From Vicugna vicugna (Eukaryota), in the NCBI GenBank assembly GCA_013265495.1, contig MU061544.1, forward strand, positions 148,214-212,213: a stretch of 64,000 nucleotides of DNA. Direction: 5' to 3'. Below are positions 12,411-25,409 of this stretch, one piece after another; positions within the stretch are counted from its first letter, which is position 1; each line of letters opens with the position of its first letter. The position numbers and the translations under genes are program-made. The notes under the pieces were generated by a model. The model had not been told where the DNA came from and ran no database searches. It worked only from the letters and a program-made list of their open reading frames with translations.

Positions 12411-13779
12411 AAGATTAAAGTTAGGGGAAAAATAATGGGGGTAATGCAATGCATGCAAAGCATTTTGCACAACATCAGGCACAGAGTAAAAAGGTCAATA
12501 AACCTTGGCTACTGGTATTTTTAAAAACAATTCCACTGTTCATATGTGCATACCAGCTTTGCCACTAAATGTCAAGATCTGATGAAAACAAATGTTCCCT
12601 CTTCAAAGCTGACTCTGTCTCTATTTAATTACTCCTCACAAATGTTTCTTATAAACCATAGCTGTGGGAGAATTAAGGAATTAGCCATTACGACTGTCTT
12701 GGAGAGAAGCCACGCCATGTCCTCACTTAACCATAATACAAAACAGTATATGATTGACATCAAGATAGTGGTTATGCTTTTTAATGTTTTTTAAATTATT
12801 AAATGCAACAGCTAAGATTAAATTGGAGCAACATTGTATTTGAACTAAGCCCTCTAATACACACGTACCTATGTACACACATATGTACCTAAGTACATAC
12901 ATTAACTGTCATACATATACAACTCTGCTCACTCATCAACTATATGCATGATGCTCTCAACCAAAATTTTTACAATTACCAATCACCTTCATGTCAATGG
13001 AGATCATTCTTTAACAAGCCTGGCTTCTCAGTGTCTGGACCTTCCTTCCTTCCATAAGCTTTTCCTCAGCCACCATTCCACGATCACACACTTAGTCATT
13101 GCCAATATATGTGTGCTCATTCTTCAATAATGTGAGCTTCAGACAGGTCACTCTCTGAAGATTACTCCCTCCAGTACCCTGACTTCAACAGTTCTTTGAC
13201 TTTATAAGGATCAACAATCTATTAATGTTACCAAGTTTCTATATGCTTCCTACTCCTTCAAGTCTACTATATTTTATTTATTTATTTATTTACTTATTTA
13301 TTTTTATTGAAATATAGTTGATTTACAATGTTAGGTTAGTTTCTGGTTAAGCGCACTCTAATAACTGTACTTTCTACCTTATTCAGATTAGAATCCACAA
13401 TACAACGTTATAACTCCTTTACGTGCATCCTCAATTTAATTCTTTCTTAATTTTTTTTTGTCATTTACACTGGCCTGAAATCTTGAGTTGCAACAGTTTG
13501 AGGTAGGACTTGAAATATGATAATGTTTGTGGGTGTTTGGAATGGAAGGAAAGTCGTCACTAAAGTAAGTAGAGGAATTATAACAGTACCAGAAAAATAT
13601 TTGACTCAACTGCTACAGTGATTGAGAAACAGAATATGAGATGTGTTGGAAAAATCAAATGTGGAGAAGACCCAAATAAGTAAACTATTTTTGAACTTTG
13701 CAATATAAATTAAACTTAAAACTTGAAATTTATTTCTTTTAATGATGAGTAACTTGAGAAATAAGAACATATTCTGAAG

Positions 13780-14484
13780 ATACATGCACCCCAATGTTCA
13801 TAGCAGCACTGTTTATAATAGCCAAGACATGGAAGCAACCTAAATGACCATCAACAGAGGACTCAATAAAGAAGCTGTGGTATATTTATACAATGGAATT
13901 CTACTCAGCCATAAAAAGAATAAAATAATGCCATCGGTAGCTACATGGATGGACCTGGAGATCATCATACTAAGTGAAGTAAGCCAGAAAGAGAAAGAAA
14001 AATATCATAGAATATCACTTATATGTGGAATTTAAAAAAAAAAGTCACAATTGAACTAATTTATAAAACAGAAACGGACTCACAGAGATAGTAAACAAAC
14101 TTACAGTTACTAGGAGAGAAAAGCGGTAGGGAGGGATAAATTGAGAGTTCAGGATTTGCCCAGAGCTAGGGGGTGATAATGAAGATTAACTGTAAGTGGG
14201 CATGAGGGATCTTATTGGAAGGATTAGAATGTTCTAAAACTGGTTTATGATGATGGTTGCATCATTTGGCAGATATATCATAGTTAGCAGATATTAACTA
14301 CTATATATAAAATAGATAAACAACAAGGTCCTACTGTATAGCACAGGAAACTATACTCAATACCTTGTAATGGCCTATATTGAAAAAGAACATGAACAGG
14401 AATATGTATATGTATAAATGAATCACCATGCTGCACACCAGAAATTAATACAACACTGTAAATCAACTATACTTCAATAAAAAA
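13780..14484 (+). mobile_element. 5'-truncated artiodactyl-type L1 3' end with TSD; contains a templated insertion
   Basis: TSD aacat(a/g)ttctgaag at 13766-13779 and 14485-14498; tatacttcaataaaaaa tail. Confidence 0.9.
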
Positions 14485-15789
14485 AACATGTTCTGAAGTC
14501 ACCATATCATGAATAGATATATAAGGTTTAGTCCCAAATGTACACTGTTAAAGAACAGAGTATTACAACATAATCATTTTAATTTCTACTTGCTTTCCTC
14601 CAGGGGTAGAAAATACTGGTTTCAAGTTTTGATGTGCATTATCTAAAAGACTGTCAGTACAGTTACCATAGAAGTACTTTGCTACAATCTGAGAAGTTAG
14701 CTAAATATATTTGTTTCCTGACATCTAGTATACAGCCAACAATGAGTTAGTTCCATCTGCTTTAGGCTTGTGCTGCATAATGAATGTCATTCAGTGATAG
14801 CTTAATTCTGTTGTGCTGATGATCTCAAACTTGAATTTTATGGCAGTGCAGACACGCTCTCTCGTTTACCTTTATATGCCTGATAGAATGTATAATTACA
14901 GTTGGGATTAGCCTAATCCATTCTCTACCTAATGAGCTGAACTAATATTAAACCCAAAATGGAAAGGAATTCAGCATATTTTAACTCTTCTTCACTCTGG
15001 CATGATTTTATTTTTATAGCTTCACTTAGCCTGATCCATTACTACCCTCCCTTTCATTCTGGCACACAATCTAAATTAATTCGTTTCATAATCTCATGAG
15101 TTGAAGTCAATGGCATTTGACCTAGAAATAAAAATGTTATGATTATTAAACCACAAGAAGGCAACTGGTAATTTGAATTTCAGTATTTGCATTATAATGC
15201 CCATGTAGAGAGAACATTTTGATAATGATTTACCTTCGGATGAAATAGTTTCTCTAAAGGTGATTGAATTTAAAAAGTCTGAGATGGCTGAGACAGATTA
15301 CCTTTATTATTAATATCAAAACTCGTAACATACTATTCTATGAATTCCATAGTAAAGTTCATATAATAAAGAATAAATAAATAATGAACTTACATTAAGA
15401 CATGTCTCTCTTTCTCCTGGAGCACTGTTCTCTTACAGAATATGGTTCTGATAGGTAAAAAATAAATAAATAAATAAATCAGCTGCTTAGCATTCAAATT
15501 CTAGAAGCAAACCAATAAAGGTCTATTTGATGAACCTTTATATACTATGTAAAGTGATCAGCTAAGCATGGCATAAATGACATTAATACATACAATATTT
15601 GTTTCTTGTTTCAAATAAGTTTTGAGCTAGTTGTTCAGATAATACATACAGAGAATTCAAGATAATATAATGGAAAATGCAGAGAACTTGAATAGACAAA
15701 ATCGAAGAAAGTATTATATAATAAATGAATAATCAATACATTCAGCTAGATTTAAAGACAGATTTAAATACACAGAAAGAAATATTAGT

Positions 15790-17790
15790 CACAGTTGTTT
15801 CACTTTGGGTCATGGTTGAGTAGCTTCTTTCAGAATCACCTTCTTGCAGAAAACCATTATAAACTGGGGTAAAAACTACTTGAAGGCACTCAAGAATGGC
15901 CAAAATGAAACAAAAACTGGAGGAAAGGGAAGAGCTTTGAGTAAAATTACTGAGTTTAAGGCTTCTTGCCTGAGAGTACTACCCAGCTATGGGGAGGGAG
16001 GCAGCTAGAACAAAAGGAGTGTTACTGACCTGAGGAGTCAGAAGAGTCTGGCGTGTACCAAACAGGGGAACGGGGACGGGGAAGTCTGGAAGGAGGGAGC
16101 CACAGGAGGGAGCAGTCCTCAGATAAACATATAAATTTGGCCTATATTCTTAGATAGTCCCTGAACGTGGCATGCATGGTAGAGCAAACAGCCGAAAGGC
16201 TGAAAGAACTGAACAGTTGGAGCTGCTGCCCATCATGGAGTCTGGGGTTAAGGTGTGGTCTGGGCAGGTATAGAGTTGGGATTCAACTGATTCAAAGTAA
16301 CTTCCAGTTAGAACAATAATAAGAGAGATGGAATCCAGAATCTCTACATCTCATCCACAATGTGCACTGTATAATAAAATTTTGCTATTTAAGTGTGGAA
16401 ACAGAAATACAACTCAAGAGCAAAAACCCTAAACCTACTGAAAAGGTACAGCTAACGTTATACTTTATTCGGAAATACTGAATGCTTTTCCCCTAAGATT
16501 CAGAAGAAGGCAGGTTCTGCTCTCCATTCAATTCACACTGCAGTTACTAGTTAGTGAAGGAAAAACAAAGAAACAGAAAGTATAAAGACTCAAAAAGAAG
16601 AAAAACTGTATTTATTCAGATGACATGACTATTTATGTAGAAAACCCTGAGGAATCCATTTAAAAACTACAAATAAGGGGGGAGGGTATAGCTCAGTGGT
16701 AGCGTGTGTGCTTAGCATGCAAGAGGTCCTGGGTTCAATTCCCAGTACCTCCGTTAAAAAAAATTAACAAATAAATAAAACTAATCCCCCCCCAAAAAAA
16801 AACTGCAAATAAAAAGTGATTTTAATGAGGCCATGGGATAGAGGATTAATAAACAAACATAATTTGTACTTTAATACACTAGCAATTTAAAAAGTGAAAA
16901 AAATACATTTACAATAACATGGGAATACTTAAAATACTGATAAATGAATTTCATAAAAGATATTCATGATCTCAATCATAAAGACAACAAAACATTGAAA
17001 AGAAAACTTAATGAAGACTTGAATAAATGAAGAGATACCATGCCTATGGGATTTGAGGACTTAATATTGTCAAGTTGTCAATTCTCTCCAAATTGACATA
17101 TAGATTAAATTCAATCTGAATAATTTTCCAAGCAAGGTATTTTTTACAGAAATTAATATGTTGAATCTAAAATATATACGAAGATGTAAAGGACTGAAAA
17201 TAAACTTTAAAAAGTGTAACTATATAGGAGAATTTATATAACTTGACTTAAAGCCCCAGTATAAAGTTACGGTAATCACTGCATAATGAAAGACAATAGT
17301 TCAATGTGATAGAACAGAGAGTATAGAAATAGACCTTCACTTATACAGGTAAGTGATATCTGACCAAGGCACTCACATGTACACGTGTGCATGCGTGCAC
17401 ACATACACACATACATCAATAGGAAAAAGAAAGTCTTTCCAACAAACGATGCTGGAATAACTTAAATATGGAAAAGAAATACACTTCACAACGTCCACAA
17501 AAATTAATATAAGATAGATCATAGACCTAACTACGAAAAAGCTAAACATATAAAGCTTTATAAAGAAAACATAGGAGAATATCTTATAGGAATAAGCAAA
17601 GTTTTCTTAGCTAAGACACAGGGGAAAAAACCATAATAGATTAAAAAATTTTTACTTTAGATTTCATCAAAATCAAAACTTTTGCTCATCAAAAGACACA
17701 ATTAAGAAAATCGGTAAACTGCAGACCTGGAGAATTATCTGCAAGTTGCATGTGTAACAAAATAGTGCTATCCAGAATATATAAAGTGTA
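15790..17790 (+). mobile_element. Ancient L1 (L1M-type) 5' region and ORF2 remnant
   Basis: Degenerate ORF2 including ttattcagatgacatgact (FADD region) near 16615; many stops. Confidence 0.7.
16677..16802 (+). mobile_element. tRNA-derived SINE (Vic-1-like) with TSD
   Basis: TSD aaaaact(a/g)caaataa on both sides. Confidence 0.92.
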
Positions 17791-17861
17791 CATATCAGAG
17801 AAGTTTTCTTGCTTTTAATGCCAGAAAATTCCCTCAAGTGTTAATAAAAACATTATACAAT

Positions 17862-19445
17862 ATTTTTAATTTTTTGAGGAACTTCCATACTATTTTCCAA
17901 AGTGGCTGAGCCAGTTTAAATTCCCACCAACAGTGCACAAGGATTCCCTTTTCCCCACATCCTTGCCAACAATTGTTATCTTGTCTTTTTTTTTTTTTTA
18001 ATTGAGGTAGAGTTGATTTACAATATTATGTTTCAGGTGTACAACATAATGATTCACAATTTTTAAGGATTATATTCCATTTGCAGTTAATATAAAATAT
18101 TGGCTATGTTCCCTGTGCTGTACAATATACCCTGATAGCTTATTTTATTTACTTATTCTTAAATTCTTTTATTGAAGTAAAGTTGATGTACAATTTTGTA
18201 TAAGTTACAGGTGTACAATAGAGTGATTCATAATTTTTAAAGGTTATACTCTATTTATAGTTATTATAAAATATTGGCTCTATTCCCCATGTTGTACAAT
18301 ATACCCTTGTAACTTACTTATACATGGTAGTTTGTACCTCTTAATCCCATACTCCTGTTTTGCCTCTCTCCCTTTCCTCTTCTCACTGGTAACCATTAGT
18401 TGTTTATATCTGTGAGTTTGTTTCTTTTTTGTTATATTCACTAGTTTGTTTTCTTTTTTAGAGTCCACATATAGGCGATAACGTAGAGTATTTGTCTTTC
18501 TTTGTCTGGCTTATTTCACTAAACATAATACCTCTGAGTCTAATTCCTTGTGTCCTTGATGACAGCCATAGTAACAGGTGTGAGGTGACAGCTGATTGTG
18601 GTTTTGCTTTCATTTCCCTGATGATTAGTGATGTTGAGAATCTTTTCATGTACTTGTTGGCCATTTGGATATCTTCTTCGGAAAAAATGTTGATTCATTT
18701 CCTCTGTGCATTTTTAAATCAGATTTTTGGGGTTTTGTGATTGAGTTGTGTGAATTCTTTATACATTTTGGCTATCAATCCCTTATTTGATATAAGGCTT
18801 CAGCAATCCCACTTCTGGATATATATGCAAAGGAAATGAAAACAGGATATCAAAGAAATGTATGCACGCCCATGTTTATGGCAGCAATATTCACAATAGC
18901 CAAGATATGGAAAAAACCTAAGCATCCCTCAATGGATGAAAGGATAGCAAAGACATATACAGTGGAATATTATTCAGGCTTAAAAAAGAAGGAAATCCTG
19001 CCATTTGTGACAACATGGATGGAACTTGAGGGTATTATGCAAGTGACATGTCAAAGACAAATACTATATGACATCATATGGAATTTAAAAAAATGAATTT
19101 ATAAAAACAGAGTAGAATGGTGGTTATTGGGCCTGTGGGAAATTGGGGAGATGTTGTTTAAGGGTACAAACTAGCAACTAGTAGATAAATAGGTGCTTAG
19201 GATCCAATACACAGCATAGTGATTATAGTCAATGATACTGTATTATAAACTGTAAAATTGCTAAGAGACTAGATCTTCATTGTTCTCACCATAAAAAAGA
19301 AATGGTAATTATGTGACATGATGGAAGTGCTAGCTAAATGCTACATTGGTAATCATATTGCAATATACAAATGTGCCAAATCAACACATTGTACACCTTG
19401 AACTTACAAAATGTTACATGTCAATTATATTTCAATAAAAATACA
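17862..19445. mobile_element. L1 (L1MA-type) with 5' inversion; inverted arm carries two nested L1 3' fragments
   Basis: 17862-18795 is antisense L1, 18796-19445 is the sense continuation with tail; nested minus-strand 3' ends at ~17985-18150 and ~18165-18540. Confidence 0.8.
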
Positions 19446-20432
19446 TACATACATATATACAAACATATACCTCACTATACACTAACACGTAAGGGCCTCT
19501 CATATTTCTGCTGAGGTAGATCTTATATATTCATTTATTAAAATACCCTCTATTTTCACACTGATTTGATATGAAGTATGGCCAATTTCTTAAAGAATAT
19601 GCTTAAGAGTGTCTAGGAATAAGATTATTAAAGAATAAACAGAACTAAAATGTACTGCTAAAATTATTAAATAACCAAATAAAAAATGGTGCACATGAAT
19701 ATTTCTCTTTGTATATTGTTAATGATAAGAGACTAACTCTATTAGAGATACTCATTTACTAACTGTGATGGAAACACATCTTCTAATTTTTTATTGTGGT
19801 CATGTTTGTATAATGCAATTTTGTTAACAGAATAAAGTTGTCTTTATTCCAAAGGGCTTTTTGAAATCTGCACCTAAAGAAACAAGGAAAAAATTCCTTC
19901 TTGATTAAGATTTGGTGTGTTTCTCAGCATTCTGTTTTCAACTTTCCTCTACTTTCTACCTGCATAGACTCATTTGATAAGCTCATATTCTCAGGATACT
20001 TAAATCAAATCTCTGCCATGATTTTCAAATCTGACTATCTCCAAACTCACTGCTAAGAATTCTCAGTCAAACTTGACATCCACCTGGTGGGTTTATCAAA
20101 TTCTTTATTTCAGGGAGACATAAATCAGACTCTTCAATATTCATTCCATTACAATGACCTTAGAAAAATAGTTTTTCTTTTCAGGATTTTCAGATTACTC
20201 ATTCTAAATCTCCTAGTTTTCCTGCGTGTCTACTGAGTACAATGGAGTGTGTGCTGTATATAACCTAGTCAAGTTCAGATTGCTTAATATGTTATTCTTA
20301 TCATAACTTCTCATTATGTTCCTACATTTCATTCATTCAATAAATATTATTGAAGGTCTACTGTGTTCTCAGGACATGCCTTTATGGAGCGTGCATCTTA
20401 GTCGAATGGCAGTAAATACAAATTATACAGTA

Positions 20433-20650
20433 CAGTGCTGTCCTATTTGACTTTCTGCAATTATGGAAATGTCCTGTAATACATACAATGTACAATACGG
20501 TAGACAGTAACTATATGTGGCTATTGAGCACTGAGAACATAGCTAGTACTACTGAATAAATACTTTAAAATTTGTATTTACACTTAATTAATGAAACTTT
20601 TTATTTTAAAGGCCACATGTGGGTAGTGGAACTACACTGAACCAGACAGA
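20433..20650. mobile_element. MER3-like hAT MITE within an L2 fragment (~20325-20850)
   Basis: cagtgctgtcc...actttctgcaattatggaaatg...atgtggctattgagcact...gccacatgtgg. Confidence 0.7.
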
Positions 20651-21499
20651 ATATTAAAACTGGTAAGTTTTATGAAGAAAGAAGAAAATGAAACAATAAC
20701 AGGATAAGGGGAGTGCAAGAGGGAGGTGGTTCAGAGAGAGACTGGAATTGTAAATAGGCTGATTAGAGTATAACTCACTGAGGTGACAGTTGACACAACA
20801 AAGATCTAAAAGAGGGAGAGAGTTGGCTGTGATTATAGCTGGGGGGGGGAATAAGAGGTGAACTCTGCATCTCTATATCTTCAACTCACTGAAATTAGGT
20901 TTTCTTCAAAACAAAGTCTTCCTCATTTTATTTTCAAAATGACAATCCCTTCAACTATTTGATGACTGTTTGACAACTTATCATGTCTACATTGTTGCTT
21001 ACTTCCTACTCAATTTCCTAATGATGTATTTGTTGGTCTATTCATTTATTACATTATTACAAAAATCCTTTTTTTAATTTGAGTCTCCTCCTCAAAGAGA
21101 TAGCCTATAGGTAAGGTATGTGGGAAGTGTTAAAAATCTTACAATAAGGCCCTTCTCTATCTAAAAGATGGTTCTGATAAAGTTAAATATCAGATAACAG
21201 ATACTGTGGAATTCTAGAAATTTGGACAATTTGCATACTGAATTTTGAGTCATGAATGTGACTCCAAAATTCTTAGAGCTTATGGCAAAAATGTGATGGA
21301 AAGTTACATAGTTTATCTTACGGAAGAAAGGAAAACATAATTATCAGGTCCCTTAAGTGAAGAAATACTTATCTCTGGGAAGAAAAAATGTTTTATGAAA
21401 CTCTTTTTATAGATGGTACAGGATAATGTTGTCAATATATGTAAATACACAGCTAGAGTAAATGGAGGATTTTTACTTAATTTATGATTGCACATGTAG

Positions 21500-22780
21500 C
21501 ATATGAATATATCCTCTTTATAAATATTTTAAATTCCCCAAAGAAGGTAAAAGTGCCCTCTGACTACCTTTTCTGGATGGTTTTTCTGACTCTTCTGCAC
21601 GTCCACCCCTCCTTTCCTGGAGGTAACCAGTCCTGTAAGTTTGCTATGTAACATACTGGAACTTGAGCCATATATTGCAAAAACATCTCTTTTTTACTCA
21701 CAGAAAATCACAGTACTGTTTTTTGGTGTATCTTCCATATGTTATATCATTTTTCAACATGTTTTGTCTCTAAGTAATATGTTGAAGTTCTGCCTGTGTC
21801 ATACATTTTAGCCATTTATTCTAAATCCTGCATGGCACTCCATGAGATGGATATACCCCAGTTAAGTGAGCTATACTATTTTTGATGGTCTGGTAAGCAG
21901 TTTTTATTGAGAACAATATGGAAATGAACATCGATGCATAGAATCCTCTTCATGTTTATGTGCATTTTCTTTTCTAAAATACAAAAACTTAAAATTTCTG
22001 CATCATTTTATTTCTAATATATCCTGTAACAGAATACATCTTTCACATTATTTGGACTTAGGTACACACAACAGGATTATAGGAGCACACCCTTTCCCTG
22101 GAGTCTGAATACTGAGTCCCTGTCAATATACATATTTTCTAATTTCTGAATGACTGCCAAGCCAATGGTTGAGAATAACCTCATTGCTACTTTTAATTTG
22201 CCCTTTTGTGATGACTGATCTGATTGAATCTCACTTCATGTATTACTTTGTAACTTAAATTATCCCTTCTTTGATTCTCTTGTTATTTTTTGACTCCATT
22301 TATTTGCTTCTGTCTTCCTTTTTGATTTGTAATAATTCCTTAAATAATATAGAATCTATCTGTCTATCTGCTTCCTCTCTTCCCCTTCAATTATTCAAAA
22401 TTGTTTAGACTTTCTTTTTTCCTGTATACAGTTAATTTTAATGAAGTCACATTTCTCATTCTTTTTCTTCAAGTTTTTTGCTGTTTGTGTCTGCTTACAA
22501 ATACATTTTGTAACCTAAGATCATAAACATATTCCCTCATGTTTTCTATTAACCTTTGTGTTTCATTTTGAATTTATTTTTCTAAAGGGAAAAGTATCAA
22601 CATTTTCTCCTCAATAGTCAACTGGCCTTAACTCTATGAAATAGCCTGTGCTTCCTCTCATAATTTAAAATGTCACTTTTTCTCACAGAATAAATTATTA
22701 CATAGATGGATCTATTTCTGGACTCTATTTCAATCCATTGATTACATTGTCTAGTCCTGTACCGACATCACACTATAGCC
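21500..22780 (-). mobile_element. Ancient L1 (L1ME-type) fragments
   Basis: T-rich antisense L1 motifs, e.g. ggatctatttctggactctatt. Confidence 0.55.
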
Positions 22781-22784
22781 TTTG

Positions 22785-23155
22785 GTTCTAGTTTCCTATT
22801 ACTGTCTTAACAAATTATCACAAATTTAGTAGCTTCATACAACACAAATTTATTTTCTCACAGTTCTGGAGGTCAGAAGTCAGACATGGGTCTTACTGAG
22901 CTAAAATCAAGGTGATGGCAGGGCTGCTTTCCTTCCTGGAGACTCTAGGGGAGAATCCTTTTCTTTCTCTCTGAATTATTGGCAGAACTCAGTTCCTTGC
23001 ACTTGTAAAGCTGAAGTCTTATTTTCTTGCTGGCTGACAGCTGAGGGCTGTTTCCAGCTTCTAGAGGATTCAGCTTTCCTTGGCTTGTGGTCTTGTTCCT
23101 TTGTTTTCAAAGCCAGCAATGGCAAGTCATGTCCCATCACGCTTTCCTTACTTGT
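22785..23155 (-). mobile_element. MaLR LTR (MLT1D/E-like) fragment
   Basis: aacaaattatcacaaatttagt...cagttctggaggtcagaagtc...ctaggggagaatcc. Confidence 0.8.
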
Positions 23156-23160
23156 CTAAT

Positions 23161-23503
23161 CAGTGGTTCCAAAATTGGAATCACCTTTGGATCATATAAA
23201 TACTGATTACTGACTCCCATACTGAGACTTTCCAAGCTAATCAATCTTGGATAAGACCAGGGCATCAGAATATTTAAAAGCTTTCCAGACGATTCTATCA
23301 TGAGCAAATTTTGGGAACCACTGCCCTAACATAATAGGGTACAATTAGCTTCACATTGGAATCACCTGGAGAAATTTAAAATCTAACAATACCTTGACTG
23401 TTTCCCTGACCAATTACATCAGTTTCTGAAGTTGGTATCTAGGCATCAGTGTTTTTAAAAAGCTTCCTTGATGATTCCAATACCTAGGGTGGAGAACCAC
23501 TGC
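23161..23503. mobile_element. Two adjacent MER5-type MITEs
   Basis: cagtggttcc...gaaccactg (23161-23322) and ggaatcacctggaga...gagaaccactg (~23335-23502). Confidence 0.7.
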
Positions 23504-25249
23504 ACTATAGAATTGTGGATGATTTATTTCCCTCAAAACAAGAAACAGCACTTTCTTTGTCTTGTCCATATACCCTGCCCACAATACCCCCAATTTCACA
23601 GAGTGAGTGCTTTTGTGCCCACTTCCACAGGAGGGCTCAGATTCCCAGAAATTTTATCACTCAACACTTTATTCAAATTTACTCAATAATAGTTTAAGCT
23701 CTTGGTGATCTCTGCCTTGAGTATCCCACCTGGTCAAAAAGCTTCATAGGTTCCGAACACCAAGATCTGAACTGATAACTGTCATTTCATTCAAGGAAAG
23801 TTAGATCTTCCAGATTCAATTTGGTGATTTTATAAAGAGATATATTTAGATTAAACTCTTAACAGCTAATGGAGTTTACTTCCCAGAAGCTTTGGTTGCT
23901 CAGCTAGGAATAAGTTGTAAGTAGCACTAAATGTTTAAAAAAAAAATCTACATGGACTTTGACATTGCATGTCTATGAATTATCACGAGTTATGAATTAT
24001 CAGCTTCTAGACTCTTATTCAGCAGTGAGAGGAAACGTAATTGGCAGAAAATAACTGTCTCAATCCTAGGGCTTATTACTTCAAAATCTTTTTGCTCTTA
24101 GTTGTATGTGGGGTGGGGGAGGGGGACTGTTTTCCTGTCACCTAACTGCTAAGTGAGACTTCTCAGTAACATAGATTTTGAAAATCTCAATTTACCCTAG
24201 AATGAAAGAAGAAACATTTCATTCAAGTTACCTACTATCTTTCCCATGTTCCCACTTCTAAGTTTGGGTAACTTTATTATTTTTAGTTCTATCATTGGTT
24301 TTGTTACAATTTTGTTTCCTTTTCTTCAATATCCTTCCAGATATCTTTCTTCATATGTAGACAAATACACCCTAATATTAACTTTTACAAAAATTATAGC
24401 GATAACTCACCCTTCTGAATTTTATTTTCATTTAATGCTATATTGTAGAGACTATTCCGTATGCATTGGTAAAGACTTCTCTATCCAGCTTATGGTATTC
24501 CATTGTATGGACAGGAATATCAATGTTTATTAATTCTTACGGATACACATTTTGGGTTTTTTCCCCCAATTTTTTCTTATTATATAAAATGCAGTGATGA
24601 TGACATATTCAGTTCTGACTCCTGATATTCTTGAACTCAAACGACATACTGAAACCCTCCTATCAGAGCCCACATTATTAGTTCCTGTTCTTGCCGAGGT
24701 ATTGTGCCTCACAGTAGACCTCTCAGGCTTCTTGGCTGTTTCTCGGATGTGGAGCTAAGCTACTTCTTGCTTTTGCCTATGCCTGAACTCCATGGTACAT
24801 GACACGACTTCAGTTTATTTTATGGATTAGGGTTAGTTGTCTCCTTGATCCAATAAAAACAAAAATAAAAATGGAGTTTACATTTTCATTTCTAGTTCCC
24901 CTTGTTACTTATGGATGATTTCAAAGGATAAGAAAAAGGAATCCTGGTTTTACACCACCACCTTCAAACTGGAATTTCAAGTCAATATAACTTTCAATAA
25001 TATATTCAGATCTCATTTTCTCTGTTACATAAATTATAGACGACTGTTGATGCTCCATTACATAAGTAGAGGTAACGACTGTGCCAGTAAAATATCCATG
25101 TCTCCCATCCCCACCTCTATCTTTCATAAAGAATATTTAATTTGTTACCAGGCAATATAAATATCATTGATATATACCTTGATATTTGAAAAATAATTGA
25201 GAATATATTTAATATGGAGGTGGAAGATGGGAGAGGTAGGCATGTTTAC

Positions 25250-25409
25250 TTTTTTTTTTTTTTAATTAAAGTAGAGTTGATTTACAGTGTTGTGTTAGTT
25301 TCTGGTGTGCAGCAGAGTGATCCAGTTATACGTATATATTCTTTTTCATTACAGGTTATAACAAGCTGTTGAATATAGTTCCCCATGCTATACAGTAGGA
25401 CCTTGTTGT
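25250..25409 (-). mobile_element. Short artiodactyl-type L1 3' end with TSD
   Basis: poly-T, gttgatttacagtgttgtgttagtttctggtg; TSD taggcatg(t/c)tt. Confidence 0.85.
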
